Source: an uncultured Acidobacteriota bacterium (GTDB lineage: Bacteria > Acidobacteriota > Vicinamibacteria > Vicinamibacterales > 2-12-FULL-66-21). From it: 64,000 nucleotides of DNA. The notes under the pieces are model-generated. The model saw nothing but the letters and a program-made list of their open reading frames with translations, was not told where the DNA came from and did no database searches. Location of the stretch: the NCBI GenBank assembly GCA_963797715.1, contig CAWCQS010000017.1, forward strand, positions 90,693 through 154,692, written 5' to 3'. A program made the translations under genes and the position numbers. Shown here one piece after another: positions 19,148-28,023 of this stretch (its first letter is position 1; each line of letters begins with the position of its first letter).

Positions 19148-20464
19148 TTGGGCGTGAGCGACGAAGAACACGAACGGCTGATCGTCGATGGCCGGGAGAT
19201 TGCGGTATCGAATCCGAGCAAGGTATTGTTTCCGCGCGCCGGCATAACCAAGCTGGATCTCGTTCGCTACTACCTCACGGTCGCCGACGGTGCGCTCCGC
19301 GGTGCTGGCGGCCGTCCGAACGTGCTCGTCCGCTATCCGAACGGCATCGAAGGCGAGTTCTTCTTCCAGAAGCGTGCGCCGCAGTCTCGGCCGCTGTGGG
19401 TCGAAGTCGTCGCGCTCAGTTTTCCGTCGGGCCGCACCGCCGAAGAAGTCGTGCCGCGCGACACGGCGACGCTCGCGTGGATGGCCAATCTCGCCTGCCT
19501 CGAGCTCCACCCGCACCCGGTCCGCGCCGAGGATCTCGATCACCCCGACGAGCTGCGGATCGATCTGGATCCAGTGCCGGGCGTCACGTGGAACGACATC
19601 CGGACCGTCGCCGGCCTTGTCCGCACGGCGCTCGCTGATTTCGGACTGGTCGGCTGGCCGAAGACGTCGGGCTCGCGTGGCATGCACATCTACGTCCGGA
19701 TCGAACAGAATTGGACGTTCCCTCAGGTGCGACGCGCCGCGCTTGCCTTCGCTCGAGAGGTCGAGCGCCGGGCGCCCGGCCTGGCAACGAGCAAGTGGTG
19801 GAAAGAAGAGCGGCAGGGCGTCTTCCTCGACTACAACCAGAACGCGAAGGACCGGACGATCGCCGGCGCCTACTCGGTGCGGCCGACACAAGACGCGCGC
19901 GTATCGGCACCGCTCGCGTGGGAAGAGATCGACGACTGCGAACCCGGTGACTTCACGCTGAGGTCGATGCCGGCGCGATTCAACGCCGTCGGCGATCGAC
20001 ATGCGGCAATCGACGAGAGCCGCTGCTCGCTCGACGCGCTGCTCGAGCTCTCGGCGCGTCACGAGCGTGAAGGCCAGGGCGATGCGCCATGGCCGCCGCA
20101 ATACCGCAAGCAGCCAGGAGAACCGCCGCGCGTCCAGCCGTCGCGCCGCCGCGTCCCGAGCCGGCCGCTCGTCGAAATTGGCCGCGCCGAACGAAAAGAC
20201 GACGCGATGGCTGGGTTGGAACGGTGGCGGGCACGGCATCCAGAGGCGGCATCGCACCTCCAGCCAGCCGACGTGCTCGTCGACGCGATGCGCGGCCGCT
20301 TCCGCACATGGACGCGAATCCGCGTCAACCTGCAGCACGTTCCGGTCGATCTGCGGCCGTCGCAGGAGCCACTCGATCCCGACGCGGCGCCGAATGAGTG
20401 GGAAGGGATCAGTCCGGACGGCCCGCCGCGCCGAAGACCTTCTCGAGCTCGTAAGGCGCCGTAA
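19148..20464 (+). CDS. LigD-type NHEJ polymerase/primase domain protein (stand-alone, with C-terminal extension)
   Basis: Intact 438-aa ORF with a TTG start at 19148 (a GTG at 19154 is also possible). AEP-primase motifs are present: VSNPSKVLFPRAGITKLDLVRYY, VLVRYPNGIEGEFFFQK, HPDELRIDLDP, WPKTSGSRGMHIYVRI and VFLDYNQNAKDRTIAGAYSVRP. Confidence 0.85.
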   Translation: MGVSDEEHERLIVDGREIAVSNPSKVLFPRAGITKLDLVRYYLTVADGALRGAGGRPNVLVRYPNGIEGEFFFQKRAPQSRPLWVEVVALSFPSGRTAEEVVPRDTATLAWMANLACLELHPHPVRAEDLDHPDELRIDLDPVPGVTWNDIRTVAGLVRTALADFGLVGWPKTSGSRGMHIYVRIEQNWTFPQVRRAALAFAREVERRAPGLATSKWWKEERQGVFLDYNQNAKDRTIAGAYSVRPTQDARVSAPLAWEEIDDCEPGDFTLRSMPARFNAVGDRHAAIDESRCSLDALLELSARHEREGQGDAPWPPQYRKQPGEPPRVQPSRRRVPSRPLVEIGRAERKDDAMAGLERWRARHPEAASHLQPADVLVDAMRGRFRTWTRIRVNLQHVPVDLRPSQEPLDPDAAPNEWEGISPDGPPRRRPSRARKAP

Positions 20465-21492
20465 CTTCGAGTTGATCGTAGCGGCAGTCGCCGGCTGTCG
20501 ATCCGGACGCCAGCGCAGGAAGACGGCGGCGTGGCGAAAGCGATCGCCTTGGAGATGGTCGTACTTGACTTCGCACACGCGCTCGATCCGCACGGGCTCC
20601 CACGACAGATCTTTGCCGGCGCTCCACCGGCTCTGTCCGCCGGGCATCCGGCCACCCGCGTGGCTGGCGGGATCCGCCCACTCGCGCCAGGGATGACCGT
20701 CGAGCGCGCCCTCGCGCAGCGGCTCGAGCAGTGTGGCCAGCTCCTTCCGCGCGGACATCGTGAACGACGAGGTCACGCCAACGTGATGGAGCGTGCCCTT
20801 CGCGTCGTAGAGCCCGAGGAGGAGCGACCCGACTCTCCCACCGCCGCTCTTGTGCCAACGAAAGCCAGCGACGACGCAATCCGCCGTGCGCGCGTGCTTG
20901 ATCTTGAACATCGCGCGCTTGCCCGGCTCGTAGATCCCCTCCATCGGCTTGGCGATGACACCATCGAGGCCGGCGCCTTCAAAGCGATCGAGCCACTCGG
21001 CTGCAACAGCGCGATCGCGCGTCGCCGGCGTCAGGTAGATCGGCGGCCGAACTTGCCCGAGGATCGCTTCGAGCCGCGCGCGACGATCGACTTGCGGGAG
21101 GCCGCGCAAATCGTTGCCGTCAACCGCGAGCAGATCGAAACCGACGAAAGCCGGCGGGCGTCTCTTCCGCGAGCTTGGCGACCCGTGAGGCGGCAGGGTG
21201 CAGCCGCAATTGCAGCGCATCGAAGTCGAGACCCTTCGACGTGGCGATGACGATTTCGCCGTCGAGCACGCAGCCGGGCGGCAACCGTTCGCGAAAGACC
21301 TGGTGGAGCTCAGGAAAATACCGATCGAGCGGCCGCAAGTCCCGGCTCTGAATGAAGACGTCGGTCGCGCTCGAGAACACAATCGCCCGGAAGCCGTCCC
21401 ACTTCGGCTCGAACAAGAATCCCTGGCCGCGTCGGCAGCACCTCGGCCACCTTCGCGAGCATCGGTTCGACTGGAGGTTCGATCGCAAACAT
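20409..21492 (-). pseudogene. ATP-dependent DNA ligase (LigD ligase-domain type), three frameshifts
   Basis: The start is ATG 21492 (MFAIEPPVEPMLAKVAEVLP, ORF 21310..21492). The next part is ORF 21120..21488 (FLFEPKWDGFRAIVF, the adenylation motif KxDG). The next is the frame of ORF 19088..21757 (FVGFDLLAVDGNDLRG...GLDGVIAKPMEGIYEPGKRAMFKIKHARTADCVVAGF...RFRHAAVFLRWRPDR). The tail is in ORF 20409..20879 (DCRYDQLEVTAPYELEKVF). Frame switches fall near 21415, 21160 and 20500. The 3' end overlaps the LigD-pol 3' end by 56 nt. Confidence 0.8.
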
Positions 21493-21500
21493 CGCTGGAT

Positions 21501-21524
21501 GCTGAGTCTACTCCAGCACTCAGC
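21501..21524 (-). terminator. short hairpin GCTGAGT-N10-ACTCAGC after the DoxX-like gene; miniature relative of the GAATGCTGA element
   Basis: Perfect 7-bp stem at 21501..21507 / 21518..21524, 1 nt downstream of the stop at 21526. It shares CAGCACTCAGC with the right arm of the elements at 5.1 and 14.3 kb. There is no U-tract. Confidence 0.35.
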
Positions 21525-21525
21525 C

Positions 21526-22050
21526 TCACCCGGATGTCGATCGCTTGATCACGATCTCGCGCCGGCCGAAGAGGTAGGAGTCGACCGAGTAGGCGCCAGG
21601 ACCCAACAGAGCGATCGCGATCGAGGTCAAGACGACGAACAGCACCGCCAGGCGATCGTCCAGAACATCGAAAGCGTTCGAGGGGATCCAGCCGAGGCCG
21701 ACCGCGACAGCACAAAAGGCGACAGCGAGCGCCGACAGCGGCGTGAGAAATCCGCAAAGAACAGCGAGACCACCGGCGATGAGGAACGGGCCGGAGGCGA
21801 CGCCGGAAACAGCGGCGGCAGTGCCTGCCTGAAGCATCGAGACTGCTTCTGCGACGGCCGAGAGTCCGACCGCGACACGAAGCAGCAACAGGCCGATGCC
21901 AGGCCAGCGCGCGGGAAACGTTGAGAAGAGCCGTTGCAGGAGTGCTCCTTCGCCCGAGGGCTCACCGGTAGTCACAGTAACCCGACGACGGCTCCGGCGA
22001 ATCACCTGAGGCTGGCACGCGCTCCTAACCCCTTCGTGGTACGGGCACAC
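21526..22050 (-). CDS. DoxX-like small membrane protein (start uncertain)
   Basis: Four hydrophobic segments: GIGLLLLRVAVGLSAVAEAV, GPFLIAGGLAVLCGFLTPLSALAVAF, ..., and LAVLFVVLTSIAIALLGPGAYSVDSYLF. The N-terminal 40 aa of the ORF are arginine-rich and may not be translated. An internal GTG (VTVTTGEP) is an alternative start. Confidence 0.55.
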   Translation of the reverse strand: MCPYHEGVRSACQPQVIRRSRRRVTVTTGEPSGEGALLQRLFSTFPARWPGIGLLLLRVAVGLSAVAEAVSMLQAGTAAAVSGVASGPFLIAGGLAVLCGFLTPLSALAVAFCAVAVGLGWIPSNAFDVLDDRLAVLFVVLTSIAIALLGPGAYSVDSYLFGRREIVIKRSTSG

Positions 22051-22062
22051 CTCACGACCGGC

Positions 22063-22692
22063 TCACAGCTGGATGATGCCGCGCCTGATTGCAATCGCGA
22101 CGGCCTGGGTGCGGTCGCTCGCGCCGAGCTTGTCCATGATGTGCTTCATGTGCACCTTGACCGTCTCTTCCGAAATCGACAACTGGTCGGCGATATCGCG
22201 ATTGCGGTTGCCGCCGGCGACGCGTGAGAGCACGTCGACCTCCCGGGGCGTCAGCGTCTCGTCTGCCAGGTGCTCGGCAAGCTGTGTCGCGACTTCGGCA
22301 GGAATGCTCTTGCGGCCGGCATGTACCTGGCGGATGGCGGCGACCATGTCCTTTGGCGGCATGCTCTTCAGCAGATACCCGCGCGCTCCGGCCTCGAGCG
22401 CCCGCTGCATCTCGACGTCACCATCGAACGTAGTCAGCACGATGATGCGCGCGTCGGGAGCCTCGGCGCGGATGGCGATAATGGCGTCGATGCCGCTCAT
22501 GTCTGGCAGGCGAAGGTCCATGAGCGTGATGTCGGGCCGATGCTGCGCGAACATTCGGATTGCCTCGCGGCCGGTCGCCGCCTGCGCCACGAGGATCATG
22601 TCGGGCTCGCTGGTGATGATGGCGGCAATGCCTTCGCGAAGGAGCGCGTGATCGTCAACGCTGAAGACACGAATCCGAGTGTCGTCCGTCAT
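22063..22692 (-). CDS. NarL/FixJ (LuxR-type) two-component response regulator
   Basis: 209 aa. The REC domain carries the phospho-acceptor context ITLMDLRLPDMSG. The C-terminal HTH is LTPREVDVLSRVAGGNRNRDIADQLSISEETVKVHMKHIMDKLG. The start overlaps the kinase stop by 4 nt. Confidence 0.9.
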   Translation of the reverse strand: MTDDTRIRVFSVDDHALLREGIAAIITSEPDMILVAQAATGREAIRMFAQHRPDITLMDLRLPDMSGIDAIIAIRAEAPDARIIVLTTFDGDVEMQRALEAGARGYLLKSMPPKDMVAAIRQVHAGRKSIPAEVATQLAEHLADETLTPREVDVLSRVAGGNRNRDIADQLSISEETVKVHMKHIMDKLGASDRTQAVAIAIRRGIIQL

Positions 22693-25600
22693 ATTTCGCC
22701 CTTATTCTCCCCGCGATCGCGGAACGCTATCCTCGCCGGCACAACCAGCTCGACTTCTGTGCCGGCAGCCGGCCGGCTCCACACCGTGAGCCGGGAACCG
22801 ATGCGCTCAGCGCGCTCGCGCATGCCGGAGAGGCCCCAATGCCCTTCGCGTCCCGTTTCGAGCACTTGCTCGTCGATGCCGCGCCCGTTGTCGCGAACCA
22901 GGACGCGCAGGTGCGCGCCCGCATACCCGAGCTCGACCTCGATCGACTGCGCGCCCGAGTGCCGGACGGCATTGACAATCGCCTCGCGGCCGATGCGGTA
23001 GACCTCGTCCCTGATGACCGGGTGCAGCGGGCGCGGACGGCCCTCGACGACTACACGAACGGCGACCTGATCCTTGACGCCGAGCTCCTGCACGACGGCG
23101 CACAGCCCCTGCTCGAGATCGTCTGCGCTCGACGATGGGGCCCGAAGTCCGCGCACGGCGTTGCGTCCTTCGTCAATCACTCGCCCCATCAACTGGAGCA
23201 CGCGATCGAGCGCGCCCTTCTCTGGCGAGTCCGGCGCAACCTTGTCGGCGGCGACATGCAGTTGCATCGACGCGCTGACAAAACCCTGCAGCAACGTATC
23301 GTGCAGGTCTTGCGCGATCCGTGTCCGCTCGGCAAGACGTTCTTCGAAGCGAACGTTGAGCTGTCTTGCGATTTGGTGCATGCGTAATCGGTAGAGGCCT
23401 GCCGATCCGAGCACGATCGCGATGACCGCGCTCAGCTGGAACCACGTAGTCTGCCAGATCCGTGGATCGATCCGCAGATCAACGGCAGCCTCAGCTGGAT
23501 TCCACTCGCCTTCGCTGTTCGAGGCCATCACGCGAAAGCGATAGCGACCTGGTCCCAGGTTCGTGTACGTGGACTCGCGCGCGGCCACCGGCTCGCTCCA
23601 ATCGCGATCGAAGCCGTCCAGCCGGTAACGGAACCGCACACGGTCGGGAACGGACAGACTCAATCCCGTATAGCCGAACGTCAACCGCTGAGGTCCCGCG
23701 GGAACGCGCACGGGGCCATCGAGCGACATCGACCGGCCGTCAGCGAGGACCGACTCGACGTGCGTCAGTACCGGGAGCTGTCGCCGCCCGCCGTGATGGG
23801 TCGGTCATCGACAGTCCGTGACCAAGTGACAACCAGACGCGACCGCTGGCATCGGCTACAGCCGATCGATATCGCCTGACACCTTCGGTGCTCTGCAATC
23901 CATCGGGCACGCCGTACTCGCGAACATCCGCGTCAGAGACATCGCCCTGCAGCAGGCGCTCCCTCGCCACACGCACGACGCGAGTGGCCGACGCGATCCA
24001 GATAAACCCGGCCGAGTCGGCAACAATCCCGACGATCGTCTCCTGCGGCAGCAGCCGATTCTTTGGCGAGCGCACCTCGCCCTTGTCGATAACGGCGAGA
24101 CCGCTACCAGTGCCAATCCACGCGACACCATCGCTGTCAACGTCGAGGCACGAGATATCGTTCGAGGGCAGGCCGCTCGAATAGCTGTGCCACTGACCGT
24201 CAGCGAGTGCGCTGACGCCATTTGGCGTGCCAAACCAGACGGTGCCATCAGGAGAATCGGCAATCGAGGTAATGCTGTTCGAGGCAAGGCCGTCGGCTGT
24301 GGTGTAGGTCGCGAACTGGCTGTCTCGGAACACGCTCGCGCCACCGCTCAAGGTGCCTGCCCACACCGATCCGTCACGCGCCTCGTGCACCGCATACACG
24401 CTGTTCTGCGCCAACCCGTTCGCCTGCGTGTACGTGACGGCCGACCAGGCTCCACTGACCTGACGGAAGCGAGTCAAACCGCCGCGTTGACGGCCGAACC
24501 AGATGTCGCGGCCGCGACCAGCGATCGAATACACCACGTCGCGCGCCAGCACGCGGTCGTCGATGCGGCCAACTCGTCCCCGATCGAGAAAGCCGACGCC
24601 GCCATCCGGCGCGGCAAACCATAGCCGTCCCTCTTCGTCGGCGTGTATGGGTCCGACCGTGCCAGAGGCGAGACCCTGCTGACGTCCGAAGGTCACGAAC
24701 GCGCTGTCGCGCACGCGCTCGAGGCCGCGCGCGCTGCCAATCCATAGATTGCCGTCGCGATCTTCGAATAGCGCCGTCACCGCGCCCCGTGCGTGCCCGG
24801 CGTCGAGCGGAAGCTCCGAGACGACGCCGCCACTGACACGCATCACTGCGCCAGACGTGGTACCGACCCACACATTCGAGTCACGATCCCTGACGAGCGT
24901 CAGGGCTTGCACGTTCGCCAGCGCCTGCGGGACACCAGCGCTGGTCAGTGCCGTGCCAGTCCATCGGACGACGCCCTTGTCGGTTCCGACCCAGAGCCCG
25001 TCGTGCTCGCCCGGCAGCAGCGCATTGATCTTCTTGTCGGGCAAGCCGTCGACAATGGTCGACACGCGACCGCTGCGGACGGTCACGAGGCCGGAATCGC
25101 GCGTGCCCAGCCACACCTCACCCGACGGCGTGTCGACAATGGAGATGACGACAGATTTGGGAAGGGTCTCGGGAGCGGCGAGGACATCGAACCGATCGCC
25201 AACATCCCGGATCGTCCCTCGGCTCATGGACGACGCGAGCAGCCGGCCGTCACGGCCTCGGGTCATGGCGGTCACCAGCGGCTCGGACGCCGCCCCGGGC
25301 TTCGCCGCGACGAACGCGTCATTGCGATACTGCAGCAAGATCGGGCCGGCAAGCCGCACCCACAAGCCACCGTCGCCGTCAGCCGCGAGCCCCAGCACCG
25401 CTCGGAGCGCGCGCTGTCCGTCGACGATCGGCTGAATCAGCCGAAAGGTGACACCATCGAACCGCACAAGGCCCTTGTCGGTGCCGAGCCACAGATAGCC
25501 GTCGGCCGTCTGCGCGATGGCGTGAACCGGTCCGCCGGGAAAGCCCTGCTCGGTTCCCCACGCGTCACGGACATACTGCGACACCTCGCGCGCCGGATCG

Positions 25601-25701
25601 ATGGCGTGAGCGACCTGCAGCCCACACAGCGCGACCACGGCCACGACGGACACGACGAGGCCGCCGGCGTGAGTCTTACGGAAGGTACTCGAACTTCTCA
25701 A
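22689..25701 (-). pseudogene. sensor histidine kinase with periplasmic two-component-regulator propeller repeats + Y_Y_Y domain, HisKA_3 and HATPase_c; one frameshift
   Basis: ORF 23740..25701 carries the signal peptide and many repeats of the DG.LW.GT..GL type. ORF 22689..23729 carries RFRYRLDGFDRDWSEP (Y_Y_Y), a TM segment, ERTRIAQDLHDTLLQ (H-box) and GRGIDEQ...GHWGLSGMRERAERIG. Deleting one base from the GGG run at 23773..23775 restores ...APVLTHVESVLADGRSMSLDG. Confidence 0.85.
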
Positions 25702-26761
25702 TGACCACCTCGGCGCCGTTCTTCAACGGGATCGAGGAGTAGCCGAAGACATACAGGTTGATGCGAATCGATTCGCTGCCAGGCGTCGGCACGCCTGATG
25801 TGAGCTCGTGCTGGGCCACGACGCGCGCCGAGGATTGCCCAAGCACGCCGGCAACGGTCTTGAACAAGACGCGCCCAGCCTGCCACGTGAAGGAGTGCGT
25901 CAGCCGACCCGGGGGCGCGGTGAAGCGCACGACGTTCGCCGCAACGTAATAGGGCTGGATGACATACTGCGCGTTCTTGTTTGCCGCCTCACCCCAACGG
26001 CTGATCTCGATGCCCATCTCGCGGTGATTCTGCTCGATGCCGAGGTCGTCCCACGTGAACATCCCGAGCGCTGCGGCCGGCTCGAACTGGGCGACGTCGC
26101 GAACCACGAAGGAGTACGTGCCGTAGCCGAGGCTGCGCGTCAGGATGACTTCGGCAGACGTCCACCGCCCCGGCTCGCCAGCGATGCGCAAGTGGAGTGC
26201 GCCGGCGCTATCGGTCCAGGCGTTCGACGGATCGAATTCGTTGGGGCCGCCGCGATCGCTCGGCACCTGCCTGACTTGCCAGACATATCCGCTGAACGGC
26301 AGCGTGCGGATCGGAGGGACCGTCTCGGCGATGCCTTTCACCGTGGCCACGGCCGCGATCGGGCCGCCCGCCGCGGGCAACACGTCGGCGCGTGGTGCCG
26401 GCTTATACTCTGCGTCGGCCAGGATGGCGGCGTACTCCGTGCCGATGTGCGTATCGTTCCGCCAGCTGCCGTCCGACTGAATCGTGGTGAACGGCTCATT
26501 GGCCAACGGCTGGACCCACCAGCCACCGCTGCGCGCGTAGAGAACGATGCGCTGGCCCGAACGCGCGCCACGCACGCGTCCTTCGATCTTGACCAGCCGC
26601 TGCGGCCCACCTTCCCCAAACTGCGGGACAGTCACGAACTCGATCGACGGGCCGCCAGGCGTGGCGTCACGGCAGCCCGCCACCGTCCATGCGGTGCACA
26701 CGATCACCACGATCGACCAGAGAAGGCACCGGCGTGACTGGCGGGGCATTCGACCCCTCAT
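25676..26761 (-). CDS. lipoprotein with concanavalin-like (GH16-like glucanase/lectin) C-terminal domain
   Basis: The start is ATG 26761 or 26749. The lipobox is LLWSIVVIVCTAWTVAGC. The C-terminal half (WTSAEVILTRSLGYGTYSFVVRDV...MFTWDD...NHREMGIEISRWG) resembles the GH16/ConA-like fold. The family assignment is tentative. The 3' end overlaps the kinase start by 26 nt. Confidence 0.5.
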   Translation of the reverse strand: MRGRMPRQSRRCLLWSIVVIVCTAWTVAGCRDATPGGPSIEFVTVPQFGEGGPQRLVKIEGRVRGARSGQRIVLYARSGGWWVQPLANEPFTTIQSDGSWRNDTHIGTEYAAILADAEYKPAPRADVLPAAGGPIAAVATVKGIAETVPPIRTLPFSGYVWQVRQVPSDRGGPNEFDPSNAWTDSAGALHLRIAGEPGRWTSAEVILTRSLGYGTYSFVVRDVAQFEPAAALGMFTWDDLGIEQNHREMGIEISRWGEAANKNAQYVIQPYYVAANVVRFTAPPGRLTHSFTWQAGRVLFKTVAGVLGQSSARVVAQHELTSGVPTPGSESIRINLYVFGYSSIPLKNGAEVVIEKFEYLP

Positions 26762-26804
26762 TCTGTCACGCTCGAGATGCGTACGCGCAGATCTATACTC
26801 GCGT

Positions 26805-27269
26805 ATGACTCTGATCCTGGCGTTCGCGCTCGGCATGACCAACGGCCTGCGCTCGATGGCACCAGCGGCGGTCGTGGCGCGGGCCGCGCATCTCTGGTGG
26901 CCGGCCGTGCGCTCGACCGGCCTCTCGTTCATGGCGTCGCCGCTGACCGCCGTTGTCTTCACGCTGTTCGCCGCCGTCGAACTCGTGATCGACAAGCTGC
27001 CGTTCACACCGAGCCGTCTCGAGGCCGTGCCGCTCGCCGCCCGCATCCTTCTCGGCGCACTTACCGGCGCGACGCTGTGCGCCGCGGCGCAGCAATCGAT
27101 CGCGGTCGGCGGCGTCGTTGGCGGCGTCGGTGGCGTCGCCGGCGCGTTCGCCGGCCATCGCGTGCGACGCTATCTGACGACGACGAAGCGCCTGCCGGAC
27201 TTGCCAGTTGCGCTCTGCGAAGATGCGATCGCGATTCTGGGTGCGGTAGCGATTGCGTGGCGTGTGTAG
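26805..27269 (+). CDS. DUF4126 family membrane protein
   Basis: The start is ATG 26805 (MTLILAFALGMTNGLRSMAPAAVVA). The motif AAVELVIDKLPFTPSR and glycine-rich TM segments are present. The longer ORF 26547..27269 upstream part overlaps the lipoprotein gene and is rejected. Confidence 0.7.
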   Translation: MTLILAFALGMTNGLRSMAPAAVVARAAHLWWPAVRSTGLSFMASPLTAVVFTLFAAVELVIDKLPFTPSRLEAVPLAARILLGALTGATLCAAAQQSIAVGGVVGGVGGVAGAFAGHRVRRYLTTTKRLPDLPVALCEDAIAILGAVAIAWRV

Positions 27270-27295
27270 CTTTCGCGCGCCTTGCCTTCGCTCAC

Positions 27296-27982
27296 TCAGT
27301 TCACTAACCACCGTCCGTCGCTTTCGAGATAGGCATCGAAGTCGCGGTACGCGGCGTCGGGCGGTTGCTCGGATGCGGCCAGGGTCTCGGCGGAGAACGT
27401 GGACGTAATCGCGGCGCAGCGCATGCCGGCACGGCGCGCTGCGGTGACACCGACCGGCGCGTCTTCGAAGGCGAGGCACATGTCCGGCGGGACTCCCAGT
27501 TCTTCCGCCGCACGCAGGAACACATCCGGGAAAGGCTTCCCGCGCGGCACGGCATCACTGCGCGTGATGATGCCGATCCGATCGGCGAGGCCGATCGCGC
27601 CAAGCGTGTGCGCGACATTCTTTTCAGGCGCAGAGGTCGCTACCGCAACGCCAATGCTGCGCGCCGCCAGGCACTCGAGCAGCGCGATGGCGCCGGGAAG
27701 CGGCTGCAAGCGCGCGCGCGACAGCTCGCGATACGCGCTCTCCTTTTCCTCCGAGAACGCGCGAATCTCGTCGACGCTCAGGGTGCGATTGAACAGAATC
27801 GGAAAGATCTCCGAGTTGCGTTTGCCGTCCAGCCGCTCCCGCATCGCCATCGTGAACTCGGGCAGGCCGTGGCGGCGGTTGAAGATGGCAAACGCTTCGG
27901 CATGGCACGACATGTTGTCGGTGAGCGTGCCGTCAAGATCGAACACGACACCCACGGGCCGGAATTCTGACAACGGGATCAT
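27296..27982 (-). CDS. HAD-superfamily hydrolase (beta-phosphoglucomutase-like subfamily IA)
   Basis: The start is ATG 27982. Motif I is VVFDLDGTLTDN, motif II is VAVATSA, and motifs III/IV are RGKPFPDVF ... LAFEDAPVGVTAARRAGM. Confidence 0.85.
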   Translation of the reverse strand: MIPLSEFRPVGVVFDLDGTLTDNMSCHAEAFAIFNRRHGLPEFTMAMRERLDGKRNSEIFPILFNRTLSVDEIRAFSEEKESAYRELSRARLQPLPGAIALLECLAARSIGVAVATSAPEKNVAHTLGAIGLADRIGIITRSDAVPRGKPFPDVFLRAAEELGVPPDMCLAFEDAPVGVTAARRAGMRCAAITSTFSAETLAASEQPPDAAYRDFDAYLESDGRWLVN

Positions 27983-28023
27983 CAGATGATCGGTACGCAC
28001 GAACACTGATTCGACCGCGGTTC

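Noticed and set aside
19088-21757. 889-aa ORF, the largest in the region.
   Set aside because: It is a chimera. Its 3' 1.3 kb is antisense to the well-conserved LigD polymerase gene and is low-complexity R/A/P-rich sequence. Only its central part (about 20500..21160) is genuine ligase coding sequence.
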